Virus record (IMG/VR): IMGVR_UViG_3300032401_000690
Coordinates: 80,148 to 144,147 of that record
DNA from: a virus
Reading direction: 5' to 3' (one strand)
DNA length: 64,000 nucleotides
This document shows, in pieces, positions 1 through 8,643 of the stretch; the first letter of the stretch is position 1, and the number at the start of each line of letters is the position of its first letter. The translations under genes were made by a program, and so were the position numbers. Below the pieces are notes generated by a model. The model did not search any database, was not told where the DNA came from, and saw nothing but the letters and a program-made list of their open reading frames with translations.

Positions 1-343
1 TGAGGTTCAACCTGCGGTTACAAGAATTTTTCAAATGTATGAAGTTGATACACAAATAAAAAAGAAACGACAAAAAAGGGAAGAACCAAATATACCATCG
101 GATTATATTCCAACATATCCATCAGGAGTAACGGAATCTATCCAAACCTTTGAATATACTGTTAATTTAACTTTAGGTGAAACAACTAATGTTGATAATT
201 TTAGTGTATACATTAATGGTGACTATTATGGTGATAATATTGAGTTTATACAAATCAATACAAATGATGTATTAAGGATAACAGTTGTTAAACCAAACGA
301 GTCTGATGGTACCAAAATTATATATAACCAAGAGTTATTATAA
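1..343 (+). CDS. 3' part of a probable virion/tail-completion protein (truncated by window start)
   Basis: Frame is open from position 2 (EVQPAVTRIFQMYEVD...) to TAA at 341-343, so the gene starts upstream. It lies just before the tail sheath. Confidence 0.5.
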   Translation, partial: EVQPAVTRIFQMYEVDTQIKKKRQKREEPNIPSDYIPTYPSGVTESIQTFEYTVNLTLGETTNVDNFSVYINGDYYGDNIEFIQINTNDVLRITVVKPNESDGTKIIYNQELL

Positions 344-508
344 TCAATCTTCCCCATAAATATCTTTTTTCTCCTTACACTTTTCAAATATAAGGTTTTC
401 CAAAAAACGATACATTTTGATCCCACGTTTATCACAATAACGTTTTAAAACTTCGTGCGACTCAACTGAAATCTTTAAATTCTTTATTTTTTTAACATCT
501 TCACTCAT
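344..508 (-). CDS. Small ribbon-helix-helix (CopG/Arc-like) DNA-binding protein, 54 aa, absent from the ORF track
   Basis: Manual translation MSEDVKKIKNLKISVESHEVLKRYCDKRGIKMYRFLENLIFEKCKEKKDIYGED*. Pattern of beta strand (KNLKIS), helix, G turn, helix. It fills the gap exactly and has a TATTTATA motif upstream on its own strand (544-551). Confidence 0.7.
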   Translation of the reverse strand: MSEDVKKIKNLKISVESHEVLKRYCDKRGIKMYRFLENLIFEKCKEKKDIYGED

Positions 509-587
509 AGGTAGAAAAAAGGTAGAATAAAATCATACCATAATATAAATAGTTTCATATAAGTAAAGTTTTTGCTTAAAACTCCAA

Positions 588-595
588 TATTTATA
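588..595 (+). promoter_or_regulatory. Putative phage late promoter motif TATTTATA (representative copy, upstream of sheath)
   Basis: The same motif recurs on the coding strand shortly upstream of most structural genes and all four homing endonuclease genes (see findings). Confidence 0.65.
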
Positions 596-627
596 TAATA
601 AAATAAATCTATAAACAAACAAACAAA

Positions 628-3600
628 ATGGCAACTAACAGTAAAGTATTTGTATCACCAGGTGTATATACTTCAGAAGTAGACTTAAGTTTCGTTGCAC
701 AAAGCGTTGGTGTTACCACTTTAGGTATTGTGGGGGAGACTTTAAAAGGACCTGCTTTCGAACCAATCTTTATCAGAAACTTTGATGAATTTACGGCTTT
801 TTTTGGTGGAACATCTGCTGAGAAATTCGTAAATACTCAAATCCCTAAATATGAAGCGGCTTACATCGCAAAATCATATTTACAACAATCTAACCAATTA
901 TTCGTAACAAGAGTATTGGGATTATCAGGTTATGATGCAGGACCATCTTGGTCTATCGTAACTGTGGCAAACGTTGATCCAACAACAATCGGATTTGATT
1001 GTGCTAGTGGTGAGACAGTAGATTGTAACTTTGTATGTACATCAGCACATACATTTGATATTAATGTTGATTTTACGGGATGTACTAATAACATATCATC
1101 TGTAGGATTTACAAGTAACTTCCCAAGTCAAATTCAATCAATCTTAAATAATTCTTACCAACAATTTAATGGTGGGACATCAACTTTAAATGATGATATA
1201 ACAGGAACAATATATGATATCATCACATTAGATAATCCTGGCGCAGGTCAAACAGTAATTGATTATTTCGGTTCTATTGATACCGATGATTATAATGTTT
1301 TACATCCAATTTTTTCTGCTGGAACTGAGAATAATAATTTTAGTGTTCCCTCGGTCTCTTTAGATGCAACTAATCTTGAATCACCATTAAATGATTCTTG
1401 GTATTATGCATTATTTGATAATACAGGAAATGGTAATTATACAGGTTTCTCATTCTATTCTTATGTAACGGGAACAACTGCCACATCAACATCAAGTAAT
1501 TGTGCGTCATTCTACTCACTTAGTGTTGGAGGGTCGGTTACTTCATTTGATCCTATTGTTTCAGGAGGTACAGGTTATACGGCATCAACAACAGGTTTAA
1601 CAACAGTTAACATAAGTGGTGTTGGTTCAGGATTAACGGTAGATGTGTCAGTAAGTGGTACTGGTGTTGTTACAGGGGTTACAATTAATTGTGAAGGTTC
1701 AGGGTATGAATTGGGAGACATTGTTCAGATAGTTCAGCCAGGTTCAGGTGGAGATGCGACCTTATCGATTATTGTCGGTGCAACTACTAATGGTATCATT
1801 AATTATAATACAAATACAATAAATGTATGTTTACCATCTGGGACATCAACTTGTGTATTATCTACGTTGGTTCCTACATTCAGTGCTTGTACGAGTGGTG
1901 TTAGTGTTAATTCAGTAATACAATCAAGTGGTGGAACCGCAAATAATTTCACGTCAGGTTCAGTAACATATGTGTTAACATCTGAAGATAGTACTTTAAC
2001 AACAACTTGGACGGTTAATGTTCAAATAAATGATCCTTGTAATCCTTGTTCTTTCGCTAGTGGTGGAACACAAAATACAGGAGAAATAACAACTTGTTAT
2101 TCAGGTCAAGTAGTAGGTAAATTATATCTATATACAGGTAATTCATTTACTGACTATGATGATATGGTAGTTGGAACATTAAGATCAAGAGGTATATCTG
2201 ATTATGTTGATGGTACAAACCCAACATATGAAATAACAGGAGTTACTGATGTAACACTTGATATGACAGGACCTTACTCAGGAGTTGCAAAAAATCCTTA
2301 TATGTCATTTGTTGTAAATGCAACAAATTATGAAGGAACTAATTATTCTTTTGAAACTTCTTTCACTGCGAGTGATGCTAAATACATACCTAAAGTGTTT
2401 GGAACTTCCAATTTTGGAAAACCAAGAAACGTTGTTCCATTAATGATGGAAGAAAGATTCCAAAACTTGTTAAATTACGCATACAAGAAAGGATACATTA
2501 GAGGTTTAAGTAATAACCTAATTTCTTTGAATTCTGCTCAAAGTGAAGAATCAACATCAATTGGATGGTACTTGGATAAATACCAATCACCAAGTTCTCC
2601 TTGGGTTGTATCTGAATTAAGAGGTACTAAAATTTATAACTTATTTAAGTTCTATACTATATCAGATGGTAATACGGCAAATACTGAAGTTAAAATATCA
2701 ATTTCTGATATATCATTCGCAAATCAAACATTTACTGTATTGGTTCGTGATTATTATGATAACGATTCTGCACCTACAGTATTGGAGAAATTCACAAACT
2801 GTACGTTGGATCCAAGTCAAAATAATTTCATTGCGAAGAAAGTAGGAACACTTGATGGTGAATATGAATTGAATTCTAAATACATAATGGTTGAAATGAA
2901 TGAAGATGCTCCGGTAGATGCGTTACCTTGTGGATTTGAAGGATTTAACTTTAGAGAGTATTCAGGAGCAATTCCTCCATTCCCAATTTATAAAACAAAA
3001 TACGATTTCCCAGGTGAAGTAATTTATAACCCACCATTCGGTTTACCTACAGGTGGAGACAATTCTACAACAACAGGTGGTGATAACATAAGAAGAACTT
3101 ATCTTGGGATGTCAAATTTCTGGGGTTATGATAGTAACTTCTTTGAATATAAAGGTAAAAGAAACCCAATTTCATCTTGTAATTTAGAAGGTGGTGAGTG
3201 GTCTTACAGAACAAAAGGTTACCATATGGATAAAAACGCAAGTGGTCTTACGATCTCAAGTGCGTTTGCTACAAGTGGGACACCAAGATTCTTTGTTGGA
3301 GACGCACCATTTGCATCTGAACCAACAAGTGAGTTAAGTCCTTATTATAGAATATTCTCAAGAAAATTCACTTTGTTTGTACAAGGAGGATTTGACGGAT
3401 GGGATATCTATAGAGAATTTAGAACTAACGGTGATAAATATGTTTTAGGTAGAATAGGTTTCCTTAATGGGGCTTGTCCTACAGATAGATACCCAACGGC
3501 ATCTGGATGGGGAGCGTTTAAACAAATCTCTATTGGTGATGGAACACGTACTTGGGCAAATACTGACTACTACGCATACTTGTTAGGTATTAGAACATTC

Positions 3601-4452
3601 TCTAACCCTGAAGCAGTTAATATTAACGTATTTGTTACTCCGGGTATTGATTATATTAATAACTCTGATTTAGTTGAATCAGCGATTGATATGGTTGAGA
3701 ACGAAAGAGCGGATTCGTTGTATATTACAACAACTCCAGATTACAACTTGTTCTTACCAACAACAACAGGTATTGATGGATTAATCTACCCACAAGAAGC
3801 GGTTGATAATTTAGATGGTACGGGTATTGATTCCAACTACACGGCAACTTACTACCCTTGGGTATTAACTCGTGATAGTGTTAATAATACACAAATCTAC
3901 ATTCCACCAACTGCTGAGGTGACGAGAAACTTAGCATTAACCGATAATATCGCGTTCCCTTGGTTCGCAGCGGCGGGTTACACTCGTGGTATTGTAAATG
4001 CGGTTAAAGCACGTAAGAAGTTAACTCAAGAAGATAGAGATACACTTTACCTTGGAAGACTTAACCCAATTGCTACCTTCTCTGATGTTGGTACCGTAAT
4101 TTGGGGTAATAAGACACTTCAATCAAGAGAATCAGCACTTGATAGAATCAACGTAAGAAGATTGTTATTACAAGCACGTAAGTTGATATCTTCAGTTTCA
4201 GTTAGATTGTTGTTTGATCAAAATGACGAACAAGTAAGACAAGATTTCTTAAATGCGGTTAATCCAATTTTAGACTCTATCAGAAGAGACCGAGGTTTAT
4301 ATGATTTCCGAGTAACAGTTTCAAGTGATACTGCGGACTTAGACAGAAATCAAATGACGGGTAAGATCTATATCAAACCAACTCGTTCGTTAGAATTTAT
4401 TGATATAACGTTCTATATTACACCAACAGGTGCATCGTTTGAGAATATATAA
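628..4452 (+). CDS. Contractile tail sheath protein (T4 gp18-like) with large decorative insertion
   Basis: N-terminal VSPGVYTSEVDLS and GPAFEP. C-terminal YYPWV, PWFAAAGYTRG, NPIATFSDVGTVIWGNKT, DRINVRRLLL and IYIKPTRSLEFIDITF sheath motifs. Confidence 0.97.
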   Translation: MATNSKVFVSPGVYTSEVDLSFVAQSVGVTTLGIVGETLKGPAFEPIFIRNFDEFTAFFGGTSAEKFVNTQIPKYEAAYIAKSYLQQSNQLFVTRVLGLSGYDAGPSWSIVTVANVDPTTIGFDCASGETVDCNFVCTSAHTFDINVDFTGCTNNISSVGFTSNFPSQIQSILNNSYQQFNGGTSTLNDDITGTIYDIITLDNPGAGQTVIDYFGSIDTDDYNVLHPIFSAGTENNNFSVPSVSLDATNLESPLNDSWYYALFDNTGNGNYTGFSFYSYVTGTTATSTSSNCASFYSLSVGGSVTSFDPIVSGGTGYTASTTGLTTVNISGVGSGLTVDVSVSGTGVVTGVTINCEGSGYELGDIVQIVQPGSGGDATLSIIVGATTNGIINYNTNTINVCLPSGTSTCVLSTLVPTFSACTSGVSVNSVIQSSGGTANNFTSGSVTYVLTSEDSTLTTTWTVNVQINDPCNPCSFASGGTQNTGEITTCYSGQVVGKLYLYTGNSFTDYDDMVVGTLRSRGISDYVDGTNPTYEITGVTDVTLDMTGPYSGVAKNPYMSFVVNATNYEGTNYSFETSFTASDAKYIPKVFGTSNFGKPRNVVPLMMEERFQNLLNYAYKKGYIRGLSNNLISLNSAQSEESTSIGWYLDKYQSPSSPWVVSELRGTKIYNLFKFYTISDGNTANTEVKISISDISFANQTFTVLVRDYYDNDSAPTVLEKFTNCTLDPSQNNFIAKKVGTLDGEYELNSKYIMVEMNEDAPVDALPCGFEGFNFREYSGAIPPFPIYKTKYDFPGEVIYNPPFGLPTGGDNSTTTGGDNIRRTYLGMSNFWGYDSNFFEYKGKRNPISSCNLEGGEWSYRTKGYHMDKNASGLTISSAFATSGTPRFFVGDAPFASEPTSELSPYYRIFSRKFTLFVQGGFDGWDIYREFRTNGDKYVLGRIGFLNGACPTDRYPTASGWGAFKQISIGDGTRTWANTDYYAYLLGIRTFSNPEAVNINVFVTPGIDYINNSDLVESAIDMVENERADSLYITTTPDYNLFLPTTTGIDGLIYPQEAVDNLDGTGIDSNYTATYYPWVLTRDSVNNTQIYIPPTAEVTRNLALTDNIAFPWFAAAGYTRGIVNAVKARKKLTQEDRDTLYLGRLNPIATFSDVGTVIWGNKTLQSRESALDRINVRRLLLQARKLISSVSVRLLFDQNDEQVRQDFLNAVNPILDSIRRDRGLYDFRVTVSSDTADLDRNQMTGKIYIKPTRSLEFIDITFYITPTGASFENI

Positions 4453-4470
4453 ACTCACTAACAACATAAA

Positions 4471-4506
4471 CAAAATCCCCCTAACATTAGGGGGATTTTG
4501 TTTTTT
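4471..4506 (+). terminator. Rho-independent terminator
   Basis: Long perfect inverted repeat CAAAATCCCCCTAA-CA-TTAGGGGGATTTTG followed by a T run, right after the sheath stop. Confidence 0.85.
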
Positions 4507-4568
4507 ATAATAATTCGTTATATTTATAATGTAGATACGTATTAATAACATATATAAATATTTTACCA

Positions 4569-6089
4569 ATGAAAATAGAACTTAAATGTACCCATTGTAA
4601 TCAATTATTCACAACGGATTATAAACACAGAGATAAACAATTTTGTGATAGAACTTGTTATTTTAATTATGCAAGAGAAAATAAATTACTCGGTAAAACA
4701 AAGGATCCTAATGTTAGAGAAGAAAGAGAGTGCGTTCAATGTGGAATTAATTTTACTGAAAGAATAAAATATGAACGTAAACTATGTTCCAATGAGTGTA
4801 GAGAAAATTGGCAATTAATTGAATCTAATAAAAACAATAGAATAGATAAATCAAAAAAGAAACTATTGGAAAAATATGGTGTTGACTCAATATTCAAATT
4901 AGATGATTTTAAAAAAAATAAATCTCCAAGGTTTTTTGAAAAATATGGTGTTTATCACCCAATGCTTGTACCAAAATTTGTTTCAAAACTTCAAGACACA
5001 ATACGGAAAAAACATTTAATTAATTTAATACCAAAATTAGAAGATAAAAAAATTGAACTATTAGATGATTATGTGACAAATAAATGTGGTAGTACTTCAT
5101 ATGTGTACAATTTTAAATGTAAGATTTGTGATAATATCTTTAGTAGTACCGTAATGGGTTCGGGTAAAATCCCCATATGCCGTAAATGTTATCCAATAAT
5201 TAAAAATTCAAATTTAGAACAAATCATTAAAGATTTTTTAAATAAAAAAAACATTAAACACATAGATGGTGATAGGACAATATTAGAAGGGAAAGAAATT
5301 GATATTTTTTTACCTGAATTTAATTTAGGTATTGAAATTAATGGTAATTACTTTCATTCAGAGTTAGGTGGGGATAAAACAAAATTTTACCACATTAATA
5401 AAACAACTTTATCAAATAATAAAAACACAACATTAATACATTTTTATGAAGATGAGATATTGTTAAAAACGGATATTGTGATTTCAAAATTATCAAGTAA
5501 ATTAAATTTAAATAACACAATTTACGGTAGAAAGTGTGTTATTAAAGAAATCACTAAAAAAGAATCAACTTTTTTTTTAAATGAAAATCATTTACAAGGT
5601 AATACAATTGATAAAATTAGATATGGACTTTTTTATGAAAATAATTTAGTGTCGGTAATGACGTTTGGTAAAAAAAGAAAATCGTTAGGAAATAAAATTA
5701 AAAATGATGGGGAATACGAGTTGGTTAGATTTTGTAATAAAAAATTCATAAATGTGGTGGGGGGATTTTCAAAAATTTTAAAACATTTTATAAAGTTACA
5801 TTCCCCAATCAAAATAGAAACTTTTGCCGATATTCGTTGGTCAGGGGTTAACTCATTAAAAACAGTTTACCACAAAAATAATTTTACATATGTAAGACAA
5901 ACACCACCCAATTATTGGTATATTAAAACGGATAAATATATTAATAGACAACATAGATTCTCATTTAGAAAAGATGTATTAGTAAGAGAGGGGTACGATA
6001 AAGAATTGACTGAATGGGATATTATGAAATTAAAAGGTTATGATAGAATATGGGATTGTGGGTCATTAAAATATGAACTTATTTTATAA
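4569..6089 (+). CDS. Free-standing homing endonuclease (Zn-finger repeats + PD-(D/E)XK + Hef-like C-terminal domain)
   Basis: CxxC...FCDRTC and LCSNEC zinc fingers, EIDIFLPEFNLGIEINGNYFH nuclease motif, FLNENHLQG, YELVRFC and RIWDCGSLKY Hef-like motifs. Lys-rich and inserted between sheath and tube region. Confidence 0.8.
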   Translation: MKIELKCTHCNQLFTTDYKHRDKQFCDRTCYFNYARENKLLGKTKDPNVREERECVQCGINFTERIKYERKLCSNECRENWQLIESNKNNRIDKSKKKLLEKYGVDSIFKLDDFKKNKSPRFFEKYGVYHPMLVPKFVSKLQDTIRKKHLINLIPKLEDKKIELLDDYVTNKCGSTSYVYNFKCKICDNIFSSTVMGSGKIPICRKCYPIIKNSNLEQIIKDFLNKKNIKHIDGDRTILEGKEIDIFLPEFNLGIEINGNYFHSELGGDKTKFYHINKTTLSNNKNTTLIHFYEDEILLKTDIVISKLSSKLNLNNTIYGRKCVIKEITKKESTFFLNENHLQGNTIDKIRYGLFYENNLVSVMTFGKKRKSLGNKIKNDGEYELVRFCNKKFINVVGGFSKILKHFIKLHSPIKIETFADIRWSGVNSLKTVYHKNNFTYVRQTPPNYWYIKTDKYINRQHRFSFRKDVLVREGYDKELTEWDIMKLKGYDRIWDCGSLKYELIL

Positions 6090-6094
6090 TTAAC

Positions 6095-6124
6095 AAAAAA
6101 GGGAGACAAGTTCTCCCTTTTTTT
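6095..6124 (+). terminator. Rho-independent (possibly bidirectional) terminator
   Basis: AAAAAAGGGAGA-CAAGT-TCTCCCTTTTTTT. Confidence 0.8.
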
Positions 6125-6145
6125 ATTTATATGATATTTATTAAT

Positions 6146-7045
6146 ATGAATTATAAAATCTTAACCAGACAAATCATTACCGAAATGGTAAATGAAATAG
6201 AAGAAAAACAATATGTTTTAAAGTATTATGCTTTTGATTGGGACGATAATCTAATGAAAATGCCAACACAAATTGTTCTAAAGAATGAAGAAGGTAATGA
6301 AGTTGGTATGTCAACTGAAGACTTTGCGGAATATAGAACCGAGATTGGTGAAAAACCATTTAATTATAATGGTGAGACTATTATTGGTTTTGGTAATGAT
6401 CCGTTCAGATATTTTAGAACTGCGGGTGATCAAAAATTCTTACGTGATATAGAAAACGCACCATTAGTAAGAGGTCCTTGGATGGATTTTGTTGAGGCGA
6501 TTAACAACGGATCAGTATTCTCAATTATTACCGCTAGAGGTCACAACCCAAATACCCTTAAAAAAGGTGTGTATAAATTAATAATGATGGGTCGTGGTGG
6601 TTTAGATAAAGAACAACTAGTTGATAGTTTAAATATTTATAGACAAAAAATGGGACTTAAACCAATGTCTGATGAAAATACCTTAATTAAAGATTATTTA
6701 GATAGATGTAAATTTTATCCGGTAAGTTTTGGTGAAGGATCTGCAACCAACCCTGAAGAAGGTAAAGTTCGTGCAATGGAAGAATTTATAAGTTATGTGA
6801 AAAGATTATCACTTAGATTACAGAAAAAAGAATATCAATTTGTAAATGATGTGAGTAATAAATTTGTTCCAGTTTCACCTATGGTAGGATTTTCAGATGA
6901 TGATATAAGAAATGTTGATGTTATGAAAAAACATTTTGAAAAAGAACCAGATAATATATTAAGAACTTATCATACTAAAGATGATGAAAAAACTATGATA
7001 GAGCAACTAATTAATAGAACAATATTAAAAATTAAGTCAAAGTAA
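6146..7045 (+). CDS. HAD-superfamily phosphatase (polynucleotide-phosphatase / RNA-repair-type HAD)
   Basis: Motif I YYAFDWDDNL, motif II IITARG, conserved Lys (EEGK), motif IV GFSDDD. Start placed at ATG 6146, just after TATTTAT (track start 6131). Confidence 0.7.
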   Translation: MNYKILTRQIITEMVNEIEEKQYVLKYYAFDWDDNLMKMPTQIVLKNEEGNEVGMSTEDFAEYRTEIGEKPFNYNGETIIGFGNDPFRYFRTAGDQKFLRDIENAPLVRGPWMDFVEAINNGSVFSIITARGHNPNTLKKGVYKLIMMGRGGLDKEQLVDSLNIYRQKMGLKPMSDENTLIKDYLDRCKFYPVSFGEGSATNPEEGKVRAMEEFISYVKRLSLRLQKKEYQFVNDVSNKFVPVSPMVGFSDDDIRNVDVMKKHFEKEPDNILRTYHTKDDEKTMIEQLINRTILKIKSK

Positions 7046-7113
7046 ATAGAAAAATTATTACTCCGGTATATTTATAATAAAAACAATAAACTAAAAATTA
7101 AAATAAAAAAATT

Positions 7114-7602
7114 ATGGCTGATTTATTAATGAAAATGCCAGTTCCTTACGAACCGAAAAGACAGAACCGATTTATAGTAAGATTCCCATCATCGTTGGGG
7201 ATAAACGAGTGGTTTGTTGAAAGTGCTGCAAGACCATCAATTAAAATCGGTTCAACAGAAATTCAATTCCTAAATACTTCAACATTTGTTGCTGGTAGAT
7301 TTAACTGGGATCCAATTACTGTTAAATTCCGTGATCCAATTGGACCATCTGCTTCTCAAGCATTAATGGAATGGGTTCGTTTATGTGCTGAATCTGTTAC
7401 GGGACGTATGGGATATGCCGCAGGATACAAGAAAAATGTTGACATTGAGATGTTAGATCCAACAGGTGTTGTTGTTGAGAAATGGATATTAGAGGGTACA
7501 TTCTTAACAGATGTGAATTTTGGTTCATTAGGTTATAGTACTGACGCATTGGCTGATATTAGTGCAACTTTACGAATGGATCGTTGCATCCTCGTGTATT
7601 GA
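7114..7602 (+). CDS. Tail tube protein (T4 gp19-like)
   Basis: 162 aa with EPKRQNRF, GRFNWDPITVKFRDPI, YKKNVDIEMLDPTGVVVEKWILEG and ISATLRMD. Located downstream of the sheath. Confidence 0.92.
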   Translation: MADLLMKMPVPYEPKRQNRFIVRFPSSLGINEWFVESAARPSIKIGSTEIQFLNTSTFVAGRFNWDPITVKFRDPIGPSASQALMEWVRLCAESVTGRMGYAAGYKKNVDIEMLDPTGVVVEKWILEGTFLTDVNFGSLGYSTDALADISATLRMDRCILVY

Positions 7603-7623
7603 AATTTATACTTAAAAATAATA

Positions 7624-7661
7624 AAAACCTGCAAGATTTACAATAGTCTTGTGGGTTTTTT
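7624..7661 (+). terminator. Rho-independent terminator
   Basis: AAAACCTGCAAGATT-TACAAT-AGTCTTGTGGGTTTT stem (with G-U pairs) plus T run after the tube gene. Confidence 0.7.
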
Positions 7662-7707
7662 ATTTACTATGGTCTAATGTGAATTATTTTTTAATAAAAA
7701 GAATTAT

Positions 7708-8472
7708 ATGGAAAATGATGCGTCACAATATGGACAAATGGATTTTAATTTACCACACGATGTGGTACAACTTCCTTCAAGAGGAGTATTTTATAAATCT
7801 AAAAAGAAAAGTGTAAAAGTTGGATACTTAACGGCATCTGATGAAAACATTTTATCAAATATAAATTCCAACAAAACAATTAAGGAATCAATAGTTTTAC
7901 CATTATTAAGAGGTAAAATATATGAATCTGATCTTAGGCCCGAAGATTTGTTAGATGGTGATGTTGAGGCGTTGTTATTATATCTAAGAAATACTTCATT
8001 TGGTCCTGAGTATGTTGTGACACTTAAAGATCCTGGAACGGGAAAAGAATTTGAGGCAACAATTCTTCTTGACGAATTAAATATTCAAAAAACTGAAGAA
8101 CAACCTAACGATGAGGGTTATTTAAAAACTACTTTACCTAGAAGTAAGTCAAGTGTTACTTTGAAGTTTTTAACTATGAGAGAAAATATTGAGATTGATC
8201 ACATTCTTGAGTCGTATCCTTCAGGGATTATACCACCAACGCACACATTAAAATTAAGTAAAATGATTGTTGATATTGATGGTAATAGTGATAGAGGTGA
8301 TATCTCAAAATTTATTGAAACAATGCCAATTATGGATTCAAAACATATTAAAAAATTTATGTCCAATAATGAATCTAGATTAGATTTAAATAAAGAAGTT
8401 ATCGCCCCATCAGGAGAAAGAGTGAACGTAAGTATCGCTTTTGGGGTGGAGTTTTTTCGGCCTTTCTTCTAA
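7708..8472 (+). CDS. Baseplate hub / tail assembly chaperone (T4 gp26-like)
   Basis: LPSRGVFY, LTASDENIL, DVEALLLYLRNTSFG and C-terminal FGVEFFRP. Lies between tube and tape measure. Confidence 0.75.
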   Translation: MENDASQYGQMDFNLPHDVVQLPSRGVFYKSKKKSVKVGYLTASDENILSNINSNKTIKESIVLPLLRGKIYESDLRPEDLLDGDVEALLLYLRNTSFGPEYVVTLKDPGTGKEFEATILLDELNIQKTEEQPNDEGYLKTTLPRSKSSVTLKFLTMRENIEIDHILESYPSGIIPPTHTLKLSKMIVDIDGNSDRGDISKFIETMPIMDSKHIKKFMSNNESRLDLNKEVIAPSGERVNVSIAFGVEFFRPFF

Positions 8473-8611
8473 TCACACCGCACATATATTAGATGAATAT
8501 TATCTATTAGCAAAAATTTTGAGAACTTCTTATACCGAATTTATGAAAATGCCAACATATATTCGTAGATATCTTATTGATAAAATTGTTGAGGAACATA
8601 AAAAACAATAA
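8453..8611 (+). CDS. gp51-like chaperone extension, probably translated by +1 frameshift from the upstream chaperone gene
   Basis: The +1 frame reads FFGLSSNHTAHILDEYYLLAKILRTSYTEFMKMPTYIRRYLIDKIVEEHKKQ* with no good 5' ATG. It overlaps GAG TTT TTT CGG at 8449-8460. Confidence 0.6.
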   Translation, partial: FFGLSSNHTAHILDEYYLLAKILRTSYTEFMKMPTYIRRYLIDKIVEEHKKQ

Positions 8612-8643
8612 GAAAACTATTTATTGTAAAATATTGATTATTT

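Noticed and set aside
226-435. 69-aa minus-strand ORF in the track
   Set aside because: It overlaps the plus-strand gene. A different minus frame (344-508) gives a better, non-overlapping RHH-like ORF with an ATG and upstream motif.
4737-4748. 12-nt identity (CAATGTGGAATT) between array spacer 2 (63953-63964) and the Hef-like endonuclease gene
   Set aside because: Too short. A match of this length is unsurprising by chance in 64 kb of AT-rich DNA, and the flanks diverge. I saw no convincing protospacer in the window, though I could not search exhaustively.
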